Origin: an uncultured cyanobacterium
Lineage (GTDB): Bacteria > Cyanobacteriota > Cyanobacteriia > Phormidesmidales > Phormidesmidaceae
Assembly (NCBI GenBank): GCA_963793265.1
Contig: CAWBZI010000001.1
Location: 1,536,001-1,600,000 of the forward strand
Direction of reading: 5' to 3'
Length of the DNA: 64,000 bases
Shown: positions 40,667 through 51,819 of the stretch, piece after piece
Position numbering within the stretch: the stretch's first letter is position 1
Layout: the number at the start of each line of letters is the position of its first letter
The notes under the pieces: model-generated
The model's database searches: none
What the model saw: the letters and a program-made list of their open reading frames with translations, nothing else
What the model was told of the DNA's origin: nothing
Position numbers and translations under genes: made by a program

Positions 40667-43150
40667 ATGTTTGAACGCTTTACAGAAAAGGCCATTAAGG
40701 TCATCATGCTTGCCCAAGAAGAGGCCCGCCGTCTGGGTCATAACTTCGTTGGCACAGAGCAGATTCTTCTCGGACTCATTGGAGAAGGCACAGGAGTCGC
40801 AGCCAAAGTACTGAAATCAATGGGGGTCAACCTCAAAGACGCTCGGATTGAAGTCGAAAAGATTATTGGTCGCGGGTCAGGTTTCGTTGCCGTTGAGATC
40901 CCATTTACGCCTAGAGCCAAGCGCGTTCTTGAGCTATCGCTTGAGGAAGCCCGGCAGCTAGGACATAACTACATTGGCACAGAGCACCTATTGCTCGGCC
41001 TGATTCGTGAAGGTGAAGGCGTTGCCGCTCGGGTACTCGAAAACTTAGGCGTAGACCTTTCTAAGGTACGCACCCAAGTCATTCGGATGCTGGGCGAAAC
41101 GGCTGAAGTCTCTGGGGGCTCAGGCGCTCAGGGTCGCACCAAAACTCCTACGCTAGACGAGTTTGGCTCAAACCTGACTCAGATGGCGATTGATGGCAAG
41201 CTTGACCCCGTGGTCGGTCGCCAAAAAGAAATCGAGCGCGTCATTCAAATTCTAGGACGCCGTACTAAAAATAATCCTGTACTCATTGGCGAGCCTGGCG
41301 TTGGTAAAACAGCACTGGCCGAAGGCTTAGCCCAGCGCATCGGCAACGGTGACATTCCAGACATATTAGAAGATAAGCGAGTCGTTACGTTAGATATTGG
41401 CTTGCTTGTAGCCGGTACCAAATATCGCGGTGAGTTTGAAGAACGTCTGAAAAAGATCATGGATGAAATTCGCGCCGCCGCGAACGTCATTCTGGTGATT
41501 GACGAGGTTCATACCCTGATTGGGGCAGGTGCCGCTGAAGGCGCGATTGATGCGGCCAACATTCTCAAGCCCGCCTTAGCGCGTGGTGAGCTGCAATGTA
41601 TTGGCGCGACTACCCTTGATGAGTATCGCAAGCACATTGAGCGAGATGCGGCCCTAGAAAGACGCTTCCAGCCGGTGATGGTCGGTGAGCCTAGCGTGGA
41701 GGAGACAATCGAGATTCTTCACGGGTTGCGCGATCGCTACGAGCAGCACCACAAGCTCAAGATTTTAGACGAGTCTTTAGAAGCTGCGGCCACGCTCTCT
41801 GATCGGTACATCTCTGATCGCTTCCTACCGGACAAAGCGATTGACCTAATCGACGAAGCCGGTTCGAGAGTGCGTTTGTTGAACTCTCAGCTACCACCAG
41901 CGGCTAAAGAGCTAGACAAAGAGCTGCGTCAGGTGCTTAAAGATAAGGACAATGCGGTTCGTTCTCAAGACTTTGATAAGGCTGGGGAACTGCGCGATCG
42001 CGAAATGGAAATCAAATCCGAAATTCGCAACATCGCTCAAACCAAGAAAGCTGAAGACGAAGAAAACACCAAAGACACTTCGCCCGAAGTTACCGAAGAG
42101 GACATCGCTCATATCGTCGCTTCCTGGACGGGCGTTCCCGTTCAAAAGCTCACCGAGAGCGAGTCTGAGAAGCTGCTGCATATGGAGGACGTACTCCACC
42201 AGCGCCTGATTGGTCAAGACGAAGCCGTCAAAGCCATCTCGCGGGCAATTCGCCGGGCGCGCGTGGGCCTCAAAAACCCCAACCGTCCAATTGCCAGCTT
42301 TGTATTCTCTGGCCCTACAGGCGTCGGTAAAACCGAGCTTGCTAAGTCCTTAGCCGCCTACTTCTTCGGCGCTGAAGAAGCGATGATTCGCCTCGACATG
42401 TCTGAGTTTATGGAGCGCCACACCGTTTCTAAGCTCATCGGCTCGCCGCCAGGCTATGTCGGCTACAACGAAGGCGGTCAGCTCACCGAAGCCGTACGCC
42501 GTCGCCCTTACACCGTCGTCCTGTTCGACGAGATTGAAAAGGCGCACCCCGACGTATTCAACATGCTGCTGCAAATTTTGGAAGACGGTCGATTGACCGA
42601 CGCCAAAGGCCGCACCGTTGACTTCAAAAACACCTTGCTCATCCTCACCTCTAACATTGGCTCCAAGGTCATTGAAAAAGGTGGCGGTGGCTTAGGCTTC
42701 GAGCTAGAGGCCGACCAGGCAGAGTCGCAGTACAACCGCATTCGCTCTCTGGTTAATGAAGAACTCAAGACGTACTTCCGTCCTGAATTCCTCAACCGCC
42801 TCGACGAGATTATTGTCTTCCGTCAGCTCACTAAGGACGAAGTTAAAGAAATCTCGGTCATCTTGCTCAAAGAAGTCTTCAGCCGACTGGAGCTACAGGG
42901 CATTCGCCTGGAGGTCACTGAGAAATTCAAGGATCGACTGGTGGAGGAAGGCTACAACCCGAGTTATGGCGCAAGGCCGTTACGCAGAGCTATTATGCGA
43001 CTGTTGGAAGATAGCCTGGCTGAGGAGATCCTGTCGGGTCGAATCAAAGATGGCAGCACAGCGGTTGTAGATATTGGCGAAGATAATAAGGTTGTGGTGA
43101 CCTCATCAGCGACTGAGGAAAAGCGAGAGCTTGCCGCTGCTGCTGACTAG
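40667..43150 (+). CDS. clpC: ATP-dependent Clp protease ATP-binding subunit ClpC
   Basis: [22 protein letters not shown]; two AAA modules ([16 protein letters not shown]). Confidence 0.98.
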   Translation: MFERFTEKAIKVIMLAQEEARRLGHNFVGTEQILLGLIGEGTGVAAKVLKSMGVNLKDARIEVEKIIGRGSGFVAVEIPFTPRAKRVLELSLEEARQLGHNYIGTEHLLLGLIREGEGVAARVLENLGVDLSKVRTQVIRMLGETAEVSGGSGAQGRTKTPTLDEFGSNLTQMAIDGKLDPVVGRQKEIERVIQILGRRTKNNPVLIGEPGVGKTALAEGLAQRIGNGDIPDILEDKRVVTLDIGLLVAGTKYRGEFEERLKKIMDEIRAAANVILVIDEVHTLIGAGAAEGAIDAANILKPALARGELQCIGATTLDEYRKHIERDAALERRFQPVMVGEPSVEETIEILHGLRDRYEQHHKLKILDESLEAAATLSDRYISDRFLPDKAIDLIDEAGSRVRLLNSQLPPAAKELDKELRQVLKDKDNAVRSQDFDKAGELRDREMEIKSEIRNIAQTKKAEDEENTKDTSPEVTEEDIAHIVASWTGVPVQKLTESESEKLLHMEDVLHQRLIGQDEAVKAISRAIRRARVGLKNPNRPIASFVFSGPTGVGKTELAKSLAAYFFGAEEAMIRLDMSEFMERHTVSKLIGSPPGYVGYNEGGQLTEAVRRRPYTVVLFDEIEKAHPDVFNMLLQILEDGRLTDAKGRTVDFKNTLLILTSNIGSKVIEKGGGGLGFELEADQAESQYNRIRSLVNEELKTYFRPEFLNRLDEIIVFRQLTKDEVKEISVILLKEVFSRLELQGIRLEVTEKFKDRLVEEGYNPSYGARPLRRAIMRLLEDSLAEEILSGRIKDGSTAVVDIGEDNKVVVTSSATEEKRELAAAAD

Positions 43151-43185
43151 ATAGCCTTAAATAGCTATCAAACGCTAGAAAAGTA

Positions 43186-43227
43186 ATAGAAGCGCTCGAA
43201 GAGATAATTCTTTGGGCGCTTTTATTT
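43186..43227 (+). terminator. Probable terminator after clpC
   Basis: AGAAGCGCTCGAAGAG...TTCTTTGGGCGCTTTT stem with a T-rich tail. Confidence 0.7.
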
Positions 43228-43422
43228 ATGAGAATCATCGCCCTAATTTGACGGACTTCGCCAGCGGTTTGTAAACAGAAGTAACGCTGTCTTGCGTTGT
43301 TCCGCAACGAAAATCAATAATTAAAGAAGGGCGGTGTAATCCACATGTCAGGTAATCTTGCTAAGCGGCCTGCTGTGATTTTAAACGCTCAAACTTTCAA
43401 AAAACTCATTGGTAAAGTAGCC

Positions 43423-44070
43423 ATGATTGGTGGAATATTCGAGACGATTGGCAAAACGCTGGGCATTGGTAAAGAAAAGTACTATTTAGAGCTTGATGAC
43501 GCTGCCGAACAGGGCGTAGAGAATCTAAAAGAGGCCGCGACTAAGGCAACTAAAGTCGCTAAGGCTGCGGCGGTAGAAGTGGTAGATAAGGCGCAAGAGA
43601 TCGCAGAGACGGTCACTGACGAAGCGGCTGATAAGGCGAAGGCGACAGCGGCAAAGGGCAAAGAAAAGGCTAAAGAAGTCTCTGCCGATGCCGCTCAGGC
43701 AGGCAAGAAAGCCGCAAATAAGGTTGAAGGAAAAACGGAGGCTGCGGGTAAAGCGGCTAAGAACGCGGCTAAGAAAGGTAAGAAGGCGGCTAAGTCGGCT
43801 GCATCTGCTACGGCTGAAAAGGCACCCGAGCCCAAAGTGGCACCCGAGCCCGAAAAGCCAGCGGCACCTACTGCCGAAGAGATTATTGCTAAGGCGATCG
43901 CAGGCACTAACCATAAAACAAACGACGATGGCAGAGCCGCTGACGCTCCTGATACTTTCTCTACCGACTACCTGATGCCTTTAGGCAATCGCTCTCGCCG
44001 TCGCCCCGGCCCTAGCTTTGGCAAATTCAAAGGCATGGCTAAAGACGTTAACCCTAGACTGAAAAACTAG
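43423..44070 (+). CDS. Ala/Lys-rich hypothetical protein
   Basis: YYLELD N-terminal motif, low-complexity AK middle and RRRPGPS C-terminal motif. Alternative start at 43345. Confidence 0.7.
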   Translation: MIGGIFETIGKTLGIGKEKYYLELDDAAEQGVENLKEAATKATKVAKAAAVEVVDKAQEIAETVTDEAADKAKATAAKGKEKAKEVSADAAQAGKKAANKVEGKTEAAGKAAKNAAKKGKKAAKSAASATAEKAPEPKVAPEPEKPAAPTAEEIIAKAIAGTNHKTNDDGRAADAPDTFSTDYLMPLGNRSRRRPGPSFGKFKGMAKDVNPRLKN

Positions 44071-44123
44071 AGTGTTCAATTGAAGCGTTAACATCAGAAC
44101 CGCAAAAGTGTGGCCGTCGTGCA

Positions 44124-44174
44124 AAGCCGCATCCGAGAAGTTGCCTGTCGTGCTTCTTAGATGCGGCTTATTTT
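44124..44174. terminator. Hairpin, probable terminator between convergent genes
   Basis: AAGCCGCATCCGAGAAG...CTTCTTAGATGCGGCTT followed by ATTTT. Confidence 0.7.
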
Positions 44175-44200
44175 ATGACTAAAATCTAGCAGGAAATCAT

Positions 44201-45220
44201 TCAACGAACGCCATAAGCCGCCATCGGCTCTTTGATAAAGCGGATATACAAGTGCTTAAACGTAGAGCGCAGCACTCTAGGCGCGCCAAAATCAATCGGC
44301 TTTAGCTTCTCAGGTAGCTTCCAGTCATTCACCTTTAGCTCAGCAGGCTGCATCAGCACAAAATCTATCTGTGAAAGATCAGGGCAAAGGCCCAACCGCT
44401 TAGATTCTACTAAGGTCGGAATCTGACCAGGATCTACGCCCAGCACCTCAATCATCGCCCGGTCTAAAGCAAACACATTGTCAGAAGCCCCCAGCACGCC
44501 CAGATCTTTAGGCTCACCATGAATCGGGCCATTGCCCTCGTGACCGATAATACCGTCAATAATTGTCAGCTCCGGTGAAATCGCACGGGCTGTTTCAACC
44601 AGCATCGTGCCAAAGCGGCTGCGATCTTTCCCTGCTTCCATGTGCCACCAAGCCTTCATTTTTCCAGGTACGCAGCCAAACAGGTTTTTCACCCCTAAGG
44701 TCATGGTGAGCTGCACATGCGCTTTTACCTTCGGTAGGTTGATCACCACATCGGCATCCATGGCCTCTTTAGAGAGCAAGAAGTTGTCGAAGTCTTCGCC
44801 TTCAATGGCGTAACGCTTGCCGTGCATTTCTACGATTGGCACCTCGGCTTTGTCAGCCCATTCGAGCAGTCCATTAGCTTTAGCAACCCCACGCGCGCTG
44901 CCAAATGCAGGGCTGTCGCCTAAGAAAGGTTTGCCACCTACAGCCTGTACCATTTTGGCGACGCAGTAGACGACTTCAGGGCGAGTGGTGCATTCTTTGG
45001 TGGGCCGAGAGCCTGTGAGCAGATTGGGCTTTAAAAGAACGCGATCGCCCCTTTTCACAAATCGAGCTATTCCACCCATCGGCTCTAACAAAGCTTCCAA
45101 TTTCTGGTAGAGCGAATCAATCTCATAAGAATCAGCGCCAATTAAACTAACCGCCGAGCGAGCATCGTTCTCACTCAACTCTTCTTCTAAAGCTTGGTTC
45201 ACCATCGTGTTGCTTTCCAT
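44201..45220 (-). CDS. DUF362 domain protein
   Basis: VLLKPNLL, GDSP, INLPKVKAH..TLGVKNLFG and DGIIGHEGNGP. Confidence 0.9.
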   Translation of the reverse strand: MESNTMVNQALEEELSENDARSAVSLIGADSYEIDSLYQKLEALLEPMGGIARFVKRGDRVLLKPNLLTGSRPTKECTTRPEVVYCVAKMVQAVGGKPFLGDSPAFGSARGVAKANGLLEWADKAEVPIVEMHGKRYAIEGEDFDNFLLSKEAMDADVVINLPKVKAHVQLTMTLGVKNLFGCVPGKMKAWWHMEAGKDRSRFGTMLVETARAISPELTIIDGIIGHEGNGPIHGEPKDLGVLGASDNVFALDRAMIEVLGVDPGQIPTLVESKRLGLCPDLSQIDFVLMQPAELKVNDWKLPEKLKPIDFGAPRVLRSTFKHLYIRFIKEPMAAYGVR

Positions 45221-45353
45221 TTTCGCTGTTCCTATCCTTGCTATCCCTGCACGCTATTCCACGGTGGGTTTGCATAGCGTGCCCGTACCGTCATAATAGG
45301 CTTTCTAAACAACACACGCTAAATCTGCCCTAGCTGAGCAGGCAACCTTTTTA

Positions 45354-46097
45354 ATGCTATCTTTTTGGGCTAAGACCAGCGGCACCTGGATTAACGTCGC
45401 TTTAGTTATTTTTGGTACGAGCTGCGGACTCCTACTGCGCAACCGCTTATCACCAAAGCTTCAGGCCATCATCACCCAAGCCGTGGGGCTGACAACAATT
45501 TTTATCGGCATCTCTATGGCAAGCGCATTGTCTGAGGCCAGAGCTGGGCGCGTTGATGGCGTTATTTTGGCCTTATTTGCCCTAGTCATCGGTGGACTGA
45601 TAGGAGAATGGTGGCAGATAGAGGAGCGTCTCATTGTTTTTGGAGACTGGCTCAAGGCCCGCTTTCGAGGCGGCAACCGATTTACGGAAGGGTTCGTCGC
45701 ATCCAGCCTTTTATTTTGCATTGGCCCGATGTCTATTTTAGGAAGCCTCAATAATGGCCTGCTGGGCGATAGCACTATTTTGGTGGTAAAAAGCACCATG
45801 GACGGGCTGATTTCCATTGCCCTTACCGGCACTTATGGCATCGGCGTTGGGTTCTCGATAATACCTCTGGTCATCTACCAAGGCAGTCTTTCAATCTTGG
45901 CCAGTGGCCTAGCCGAAGCAATTCCTGACCCGGCGACCGCACCTAGCATTTTGCTGGTGAGCGGTATTGGCGGCATTATGATTTTAGGGCTGGGCCTTAA
46001 CTTGTTAGATGTGAAAAAGATTCAGGTTGCTTCATTCTTACCGGCCTTACTACTTGGGCCGTTCATTAGCTGGCTGGCTCAAAGGGTATTGCCATAA
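45354..46097 (+). CDS. DUF554 membrane protein
   Basis: GTWINV, EGFVASSLLFCIGPMSILGS and KSTMDG. Confidence 0.9.
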   Translation: MLSFWAKTSGTWINVALVIFGTSCGLLLRNRLSPKLQAIITQAVGLTTIFIGISMASALSEARAGRVDGVILALFALVIGGLIGEWWQIEERLIVFGDWLKARFRGGNRFTEGFVASSLLFCIGPMSILGSLNNGLLGDSTILVVKSTMDGLISIALTGTYGIGVGFSIIPLVIYQGSLSILASGLAEAIPDPATAPSILLVSGIGGIMILGLGLNLLDVKKIQVASFLPALLLGPFISWLAQRVLP

Positions 46098-46101
46098 CTT
46101 C

Positions 46102-47748
46102 TTATCGAATTTCCATAGTGGCAGTCATAAACGAAGGCTCGGCCTGCGGTGAAGTCCGTTTGTTGGGCGTTGCTTCTACTGTCTCTTTATCGATGTCTCT
46201 GCTGGCTGAGTTGCTGACTAATCCTACAGACTGAATAGCTACCAGGCTAGATTTTGCCGATCTGATCAGGCAGTAGGCTAGCGCGATCGCGTACTGCAAA
46301 CTCAACACGCTAGTCGGCACCTCAGCACTAATCGCCACCGCTGAAGTCATCATCACAAACAGCATCAGGCAGCTCAGGTTTAATGGAAAGCGCCAGCGAT
46401 CGCCCCCACATCGATAGACACTGTAATGTATCCAGCGGCTAATAATTAAAGACAGCAGCAGCATTGCGCCAATAGCGTTAGTGCTCAGTAAAAGCGTGAA
46501 GCCGAACAGCTTTTGAATTTGTAAAAGCGGATAGATCCAAAGACGGGTGTCTTCGTTGAATCGGTTATAGAGTCCAAAGCTAAGCCGCACAGACAGCAGA
46601 AACGCCAGCCAAACTACTACATCAAACACGAGCTGATGAGATCCGCTATCTGTAATCGTCGTAAAAGCAGCGTGCCAGGGCGTTGAAAGCTTACTCATCT
46701 CTAGTAGAAAAAAGGCCGGTACGGCAAAAGCCATAGCCCAACACCAAGGCGCAGGCGTGTTTAAGTTCAGTCGAGATTTGTAGCGCGCGTAGGTTTTTGA
46801 GAGAATAGGCGTCTTCTCATACTTCTCGCCAATGATGTCGTTCTCGTAGTAGCCAATCTCGTATACGCACCAATAGCTGACGACTAGCAAAAGTAAGCTA
46901 GCAGCATTCCATAGCGGATGAGGGCTCAACGCGCTTAGGGCGATCGCTATAAAAGCCCAGTGTCCCAATACCAGGCGCTTCAAAAAGTGCGATCTATCAG
47001 GATTCTTTACCTTCTCTGAATAGTACAAGGGCAGGTAAACATCTGACATCGCAGGCACAAACTCAGCGTCCGGCCAAACGACCAGGCGTGGTATGGCCAC
47101 CGCCGCGAGCAAGGGCGCATCGTGTACTGCGTCTGTGACCGCAACAGCTTTAGCAACTGCACTAGCGCCTAAAGCCTCAGTGACCATGGCTAGCTTGCCT
47201 TTGGCGCGATCGGCTGGCCCTTGCCAAAACCGGCAGGAAACTGCTGTTTGTTCTACATCGCGATCAAGAACAACAGATAGTTGCTTCAGCAAGGGATTTA
47301 CAACAACATCAAATCCTAACGTCGCAACAATGACTTGAGCACGGGAATTGTCTTTTATTGCCTCTACGAGTGGTTGGTTCCAGTGAGCCACAGCGATCGC
47401 CCGAGCCCGCCAGTGCCATACCAGCAGCGTCCAAGGCATCAATAGCGTGACAGCAACAACCAGACACCAGTCTTTAGCCGTCTTATCACTGCGCAAAGCT
47501 TCCGGCAGCAGTCGCCAAGGCTTTAGTGCCTTAATACTCATTAGCAAGAGCGCGCCCATCGGCTTCGGATAAGCCGAATTCAAATATTCTTCTGTAGAAT
47601 TTCGTAGAAACAACGTTTCGTCAAAATCTACAATGATCGGACTTTCTGGGTCAGCAGATCGAACGGCCTTAAGTGCACTCTCAGGCGGTGCTTCTGTGGG
47701 TGGAGTAGAAATATAATTAGCTGTCACAATTTTTGATGACATGAACAC
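46102..47748 (-). CDS. HAD-like hydrolase fused to a multi-TM domain
   Basis: IVDFDETLFLRNST HAD motif I, ATLGF and VTD; hydrophobic C-terminal half with YEIGYYEND. Confidence 0.7.
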   Translation of the reverse strand: MFMSSKIVTANYISTPPTEAPPESALKAVRSADPESPIIVDFDETLFLRNSTEEYLNSAYPKPMGALLLMSIKALKPWRLLPEALRSDKTAKDWCLVVAVTLLMPWTLLVWHWRARAIAVAHWNQPLVEAIKDNSRAQVIVATLGFDVVVNPLLKQLSVVLDRDVEQTAVSCRFWQGPADRAKGKLAMVTEALGASAVAKAVAVTDAVHDAPLLAAVAIPRLVVWPDAEFVPAMSDVYLPLYYSEKVKNPDRSHFLKRLVLGHWAFIAIALSALSPHPLWNAASLLLLVVSYWCVYEIGYYENDIIGEKYEKTPILSKTYARYKSRLNLNTPAPWCWAMAFAVPAFFLLEMSKLSTPWHAAFTTITDSGSHQLVFDVVVWLAFLLSVRLSFGLYNRFNEDTRLWIYPLLQIQKLFGFTLLLSTNAIGAMLLLSLIISRWIHYSVYRCGGDRWRFPLNLSCLMLFVMMTSAVAISAEVPTSVLSLQYAIALAYCLIRSAKSSLVAIQSVGLVSNSASRDIDKETVEATPNKRTSPQAEPSFMTATMEIR

Positions 47749-48221
47749 ACGGGGGTGTAGCAGATACAGGGATTAAGTAAAGTCTTGACGGTTGCCACTG
47801 GGGCTTAAAGAGATAGATAAGTAACAGCGCAACTATCTAGATCTAGTCATTTCTTCCCAGACGAGGTGCGGCGTCCGGAAATCAGAATGAGATTTGGCTT
47901 TCTCATTGCCTAAAATTCACACTTAGTATTGAAAAATATATATAAGCGCCTTAGGAAAGCTGTGGTAACGCAGTCTCTTATATGCACCGAGACTTATCTA
48001 TGAACTATTAGTAGCGTGCTCTGAGCGCCGTATGTGGAAGCTGAAAGCTGATTATCTAAGGCTTTATCTATTAGTAAAGATGCGCTAGAGAACCGTGATT
48101 TTACGGATACGCTTTCAGTCAGCAAAGTGGCTGCAGAGTATACACAAAGAATTGGTTAGGAATGTTCTTGTAACTATGAATATCTAGACTTTGTGTTTGG
48201 TACAAACTAGAACAAATTTCC

Positions 48222-48268
48222 AAAAACAAAAAATAAGCCCCTCAGGCATATTACCCAAGAGGCTTATT
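48222..48268 (-). terminator. Terminator downstream of tRNA-Met
   Basis: AATAAGCC...GGCTTATT stem followed on the minus strand by TTTTGTTTTT. Confidence 0.65.
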
Positions 48269-48308
48269 CATTAGAGTTTCCTTGACAAGGAAGATTTCTA
48301 TTAAGAGT

Positions 48309-48385
<77 letters not shown>

Positions 48386-48528
48386 ATGCGTATTAACCAA
48401 CTTTTTATGAAACGCGCCAATTCATCAGCGCCTAACGAGTATAGCGCATCGATACCCAGCTTGTGTGCCGCAAACGTTTTTTATTTTAGATATTGTTTCG
48501 GGTAGCTCGATTCTATGGCGGCATCCCC

Positions 48529-49482
48529 TCAACTCAAAGGCAGCTCGCCCACCACATCTAGGCGGCTGTACTTGCCAGGCATCATAAACTTCTCAGCGAG
48601 CGCTTCTGACACATCAGGCGTAATCCAGCCTAGCTGCTTGAGCAAGTAGACCGCGGTCGCATATTTCGCTTGCTTAGATCCGTCAATGACCTTAATCGCA
48701 AGCCCCATGCCATCACCCACGCGCCCGATGCACTGAATGCCCTGCGCGCCTGACTTACTCACCAGCGCCCCTTCACTCAGATACATAAGCTGAGAGTCGA
48801 ACCCATCCGGCCCTGAGATCATCATGGGGTGGTGAGTCATTGCTCTGATCACACGCTCTAAGTCCAGGCTGTTACCCGAAGCTAGCTTTGCGTACAGCGT
48901 CGCCATCTGGCTAAGCTGCATAAAATAGGTGGGCACGCCGCAGTTGTCATGCGCGCAGATGAACTCATCGGCGGGCATTGCCAGCAGCTCAGCAATCTTA
49001 GAAATAATTAGCTTTTGAACGGGGTGCGATCGCTGCATATACCCATCCAAAGACCAGCCCTGCTGCTTACACACCGCCAGCATTCCAGCATGTTTGCCCG
49101 AGCAGTTATGCGCCAGCGGCGTATTCTTACTATCCGGTGTCGGGCATTGCAAGGCCAAGGGCTCTACGTCACAGCGCCAAAGAATATTAAACGCCTGACG
49201 AATTTGACCCAAGTTGCCCTGGTGCGAGCTGCACATAATCGCCAGATCTTTATCGGTGAGGTGAAAATGATCGAGGGTGCCAGTTGTGAGCAAAGAAAGC
49301 GCCTGAAAAGGCTTGAGCGCTGAGCGGATAAAGGTGCCTAGCTCTGGGTCGCCAGCGCTGGCTAAAATGCGACCGCGATCATCGCAGGCAACCGCATGAA
49401 CCTTGTGAGTAGACTCGACAATGCCCTCTCTCAAGAGCTGTACTTCGAGCGGCGCTGAGGAATGACGACTCACCCTATTCAT
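48529..49482 (-). CDS. L-asparaginase II family protein
   Basis: REGIVESTH, RSALKPFQA, CSSHQG, NCSGKHAGML and KSGAQG. Confidence 0.9.
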   Translation of the reverse strand: MNRVSRHSSAPLEVQLLREGIVESTHKVHAVACDDRGRILASAGDPELGTFIRSALKPFQALSLLTTGTLDHFHLTDKDLAIMCSSHQGNLGQIRQAFNILWRCDVEPLALQCPTPDSKNTPLAHNCSGKHAGMLAVCKQQGWSLDGYMQRSHPVQKLIISKIAELLAMPADEFICAHDNCGVPTYFMQLSQMATLYAKLASGNSLDLERVIRAMTHHPMMISGPDGFDSQLMYLSEGALVSKSGAQGIQCIGRVGDGMGLAIKVIDGSKQAKYATAVYLLKQLGWITPDVSEALAEKFMMPGKYSRLDVVGELPLS

Positions 49483-49547
49483 AAATTCTCTTGTCCGTTT
49501 TAGGAGCTATTTTGGGATTTGTAGATGGAAAAAACCAGAAGTAGAAG

Positions 49548-50087
49548 CTAGATAAACTGCCAGGTAACCAGGCTAAAAGAAATAATGCCTAGAATAACAG
49601 CGAAGGTTTTTTGCAGGCGCAGCATCAGCGGCTTTACCTGATAGTCGGCAATTAGACGATCGCGATTCACCACATCTTCAGGCTTTTCCCAAATTTGGCC
49701 ATCATACCAGCCCGACTCTTCGTAGGGCACAGCCGGTTGAGAGAGGCGATCGCACACATGACGCCAGCCCACATAAAGCTGCACCAAAGCCAGCGTCGGC
49801 AGCACCAAAGCCCCTAGAGAGCCGCTAATTACAAACTGCGGCAGCAGCTTACTTGGCCCAAAGCTCACTGCCGCCATCGGCCCAACCACTAGCCAGCTCA
49901 GCAGCCAAAGGCTAATGATTGGGCTCAGATAGCCTCGCAGATTTTGCGCACCCCAGCGATAAAACCAGGACTCGCTCATACTTTCGTATTCTTTAATCGG
50001 AATTTGATCGACCGGCACCGGACAGCGGGCACTGCGAGGACTTTTGTAAGCTTGGTCATTGGCCTGGCCGTTGGACTTGCCGTTCAT
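49548..50087 (-). CDS. CGLD27/Ycf36 (DUF1230) family protein
   Basis: CPVPVDQIPIKEY, WFYRW and YEESGWYDGQIWEKP. Confidence 0.9.
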   Translation of the reverse strand: MNGKSNGQANDQAYKSPRSARCPVPVDQIPIKEYESMSESWFYRWGAQNLRGYLSPIISLWLLSWLVVGPMAAVSFGPSKLLPQFVISGSLGALVLPTLALVQLYVGWRHVCDRLSQPAVPYEESGWYDGQIWEKPEDVVNRDRLIADYQVKPLMLRLQKTFAVILGIISFSLVTWQFI

Positions 50088-50124
50088 GTTTTTTTGCAGG
50101 TGCCGTTCATGCTTTTTTGATATT

Positions 50125-50685
50125 TTAGCGGAGTGAAGGCAACGAGGCTTGAGCCGAAGAAGGCACAAACTCAATTCGCTCTGCATGACCCCAAAAAGCT
50201 TCTAAATCGTAAAAGTCGCGATCGTCCGGCATAAAGATATGCGCAATCACCTCGCCGTAGTCTTTCACGACCCAGCGGCCCTCACTGTTGCCTTCGCTTC
50301 TTAATGGCAGTCGCTCGAACTGCTCTTCTACTGCGTCTTCAATAGAGTTTGCGATCGCTCTGACTTGAACGTTAGAAAACCCGGTGACAATGACAAAGTA
50401 ATCGGCCAGGTAAGAAATATCGCCCGTTTGCAAAATAGTGATGTCACCGGCTTTGCGATCGTCAGCAGCTTCAGCAATCGCCAGCGCTAGCGCCTTAGCC
50501 TTTTCATCAATTGGTGCTCTCGACTCATCATCTAAAGGCGGCAAAGCCTGATTGCCATCGGGCAAGTCGGCCTCTGGGTTCATTTCTACAGAGATATCAG
50601 GCGCATCGCCAACCGTTTTTTCAGACATTGCCTCAGCCATCACTTTAGGGAGATCATTCAAAAGTTCAGTTCCTCGTTCGTTCAT
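50125..50685 (-). CDS. rsfS: Ribosome silencing factor RsfS (Iojap)
   Basis: [28 protein letters not shown] and [11 protein letters not shown]. Confidence 0.92.
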   Translation of the reverse strand: MNERGTELLNDLPKVMAEAMSEKTVGDAPDISVEMNPEADLPDGNQALPPLDDESRAPIDEKAKALALAIAEAADDRKAGDITILQTGDISYLADYFVIVTGFSNVQVRAIANSIEDAVEEQFERLPLRSEGNSEGRWVVKDYGEVIAHIFMPDDRDFYDLEAFWGHAERIEFVPSSAQASLPSLR

Positions 50686-50909
50686 TAAAAGCAAAGAGTT
50701 GTCTATATATTACTGAACCTCTCCTGCTTTATTGCGACAACCACTACCAGGCTTGACACAATGAAAGAAGTCCGTAATATTTCCTCATATTCTAGCGAAC
50801 CGCGCTGCCCGCTCTTAAGGGATAATCCACACTAGCTATCTCTCGTATTCGTCTCCAGTATTCAATCTTTCATCCCACACTTATTCTTTAGTAACGGAGC
50901 CGTTGAGCT

Positions 50910-51245
50910 TTGATTTTCGGCCTCTTTATCGGACTTATCATCGGCGCACTCTGCGCGTTCTTAATCTACTGGCTCATGAAGCACCGCATCGACCGGATGC
51001 TAAGCGCTTTGCAAAACAATCAAAGGCGCTTGCAGCAGCTAGAAAGCGAGCATGAAATTCGCCTGCGGGCAGCGACCGACCAGCTTCAGGCTGACTACGA
51101 ACGGCAGCTCGCAGAAAAGATTGAGTACTACCAGGACGACCAAATTTTGAGCACTGAGCTAGCAGAACTAGAGTTTGAAACCAGACTCAGCGTGATCGAA
51201 GCGGCTTACAACCGAGAACTAGACATGCAGCAATCTGCCTCCTAA
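50910..51245 (+). CDS. Hypothetical single-TM coiled-coil protein
   Basis: N-terminal hydrophobic helix followed by a coiled coil; GGAG RBS. Confidence 0.65.
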   Translation: MIFGLFIGLIIGALCAFLIYWLMKHRIDRMLSALQNNQRRLQQLESEHEIRLRAATDQLQADYERQLAEKIEYYQDDQILSTELAELEFETRLSVIEAAYNRELDMQQSAS

Positions 51246-51278
51246 CGTAGAATATTCAAGGACTATAAGGAAGGCTTT

Positions 51279-51698
51279 ATGACCAAGGCAATTATGGAAA
51301 CAAACAAGGGGACTATCAACCTTGAGTTGTTTGAGAAGGATGCACCTAACACCGTTAAGAATTTCGTTAAGCTCTCCAAAGATGGCTTCTACGACGACCT
51401 CAGCTTTCACCGCGTAATCCCTAACTTTATGGTTCAAGGCGGCTGTCCGCTGGGCACTGGCACTGGCGGCCCTGGCTACAAAATCGATTGCGAAATCAAT
51501 GACAACAAGCATCAGGCAGGCAGTCTGTCGATGGCGCACGCGGGCAAAAACACAGGCGGCTCTCAGTTCTTTATCTGCCACGAGGCGCAGCCGCACTTAG
51601 ACGGCATTCATACGGTCTTTGGTAAAACCGAAGATATGGATGTGGTCAATAAGATTGCTAAAGGCGACAAGATTGTTTCGGTTAAGATCGAAGACTAG
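51279..51698 (+). CDS. Cyclophilin-type peptidyl-prolyl isomerase
   Basis: [29 protein letters not shown] and [10 protein letters not shown]. Confidence 0.95.
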   Translation: MTKAIMETNKGTINLELFEKDAPNTVKNFVKLSKDGFYDDLSFHRVIPNFMVQGGCPLGTGTGGPGYKIDCEINDNKHQAGSLSMAHAGKNTGGSQFFICHEAQPHLDGIHTVFGKTEDMDVVNKIAKGDKIVSVKIED

Positions 51699-51721
51699 CG
51701 CGATCGCTTAAATAAAATTAG

Positions 51722-51761
51722 AAGGCTCAGGAGTGCATCTATGATGCACCCTGGGCCTTTT
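51722..51761 (+). terminator. Rho-independent terminator
   Basis: AAGGCTCAGG-AGTGCATC-TAT-GATGCAC-CCTGGGCCTTTT. Confidence 0.8.
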
Positions 51762-51819
51762 AGCTTTAAAATATTCAATACCTCAAAAAATACGCAAAGA
51801 ACTAAGTCGCTTTTAAGCT

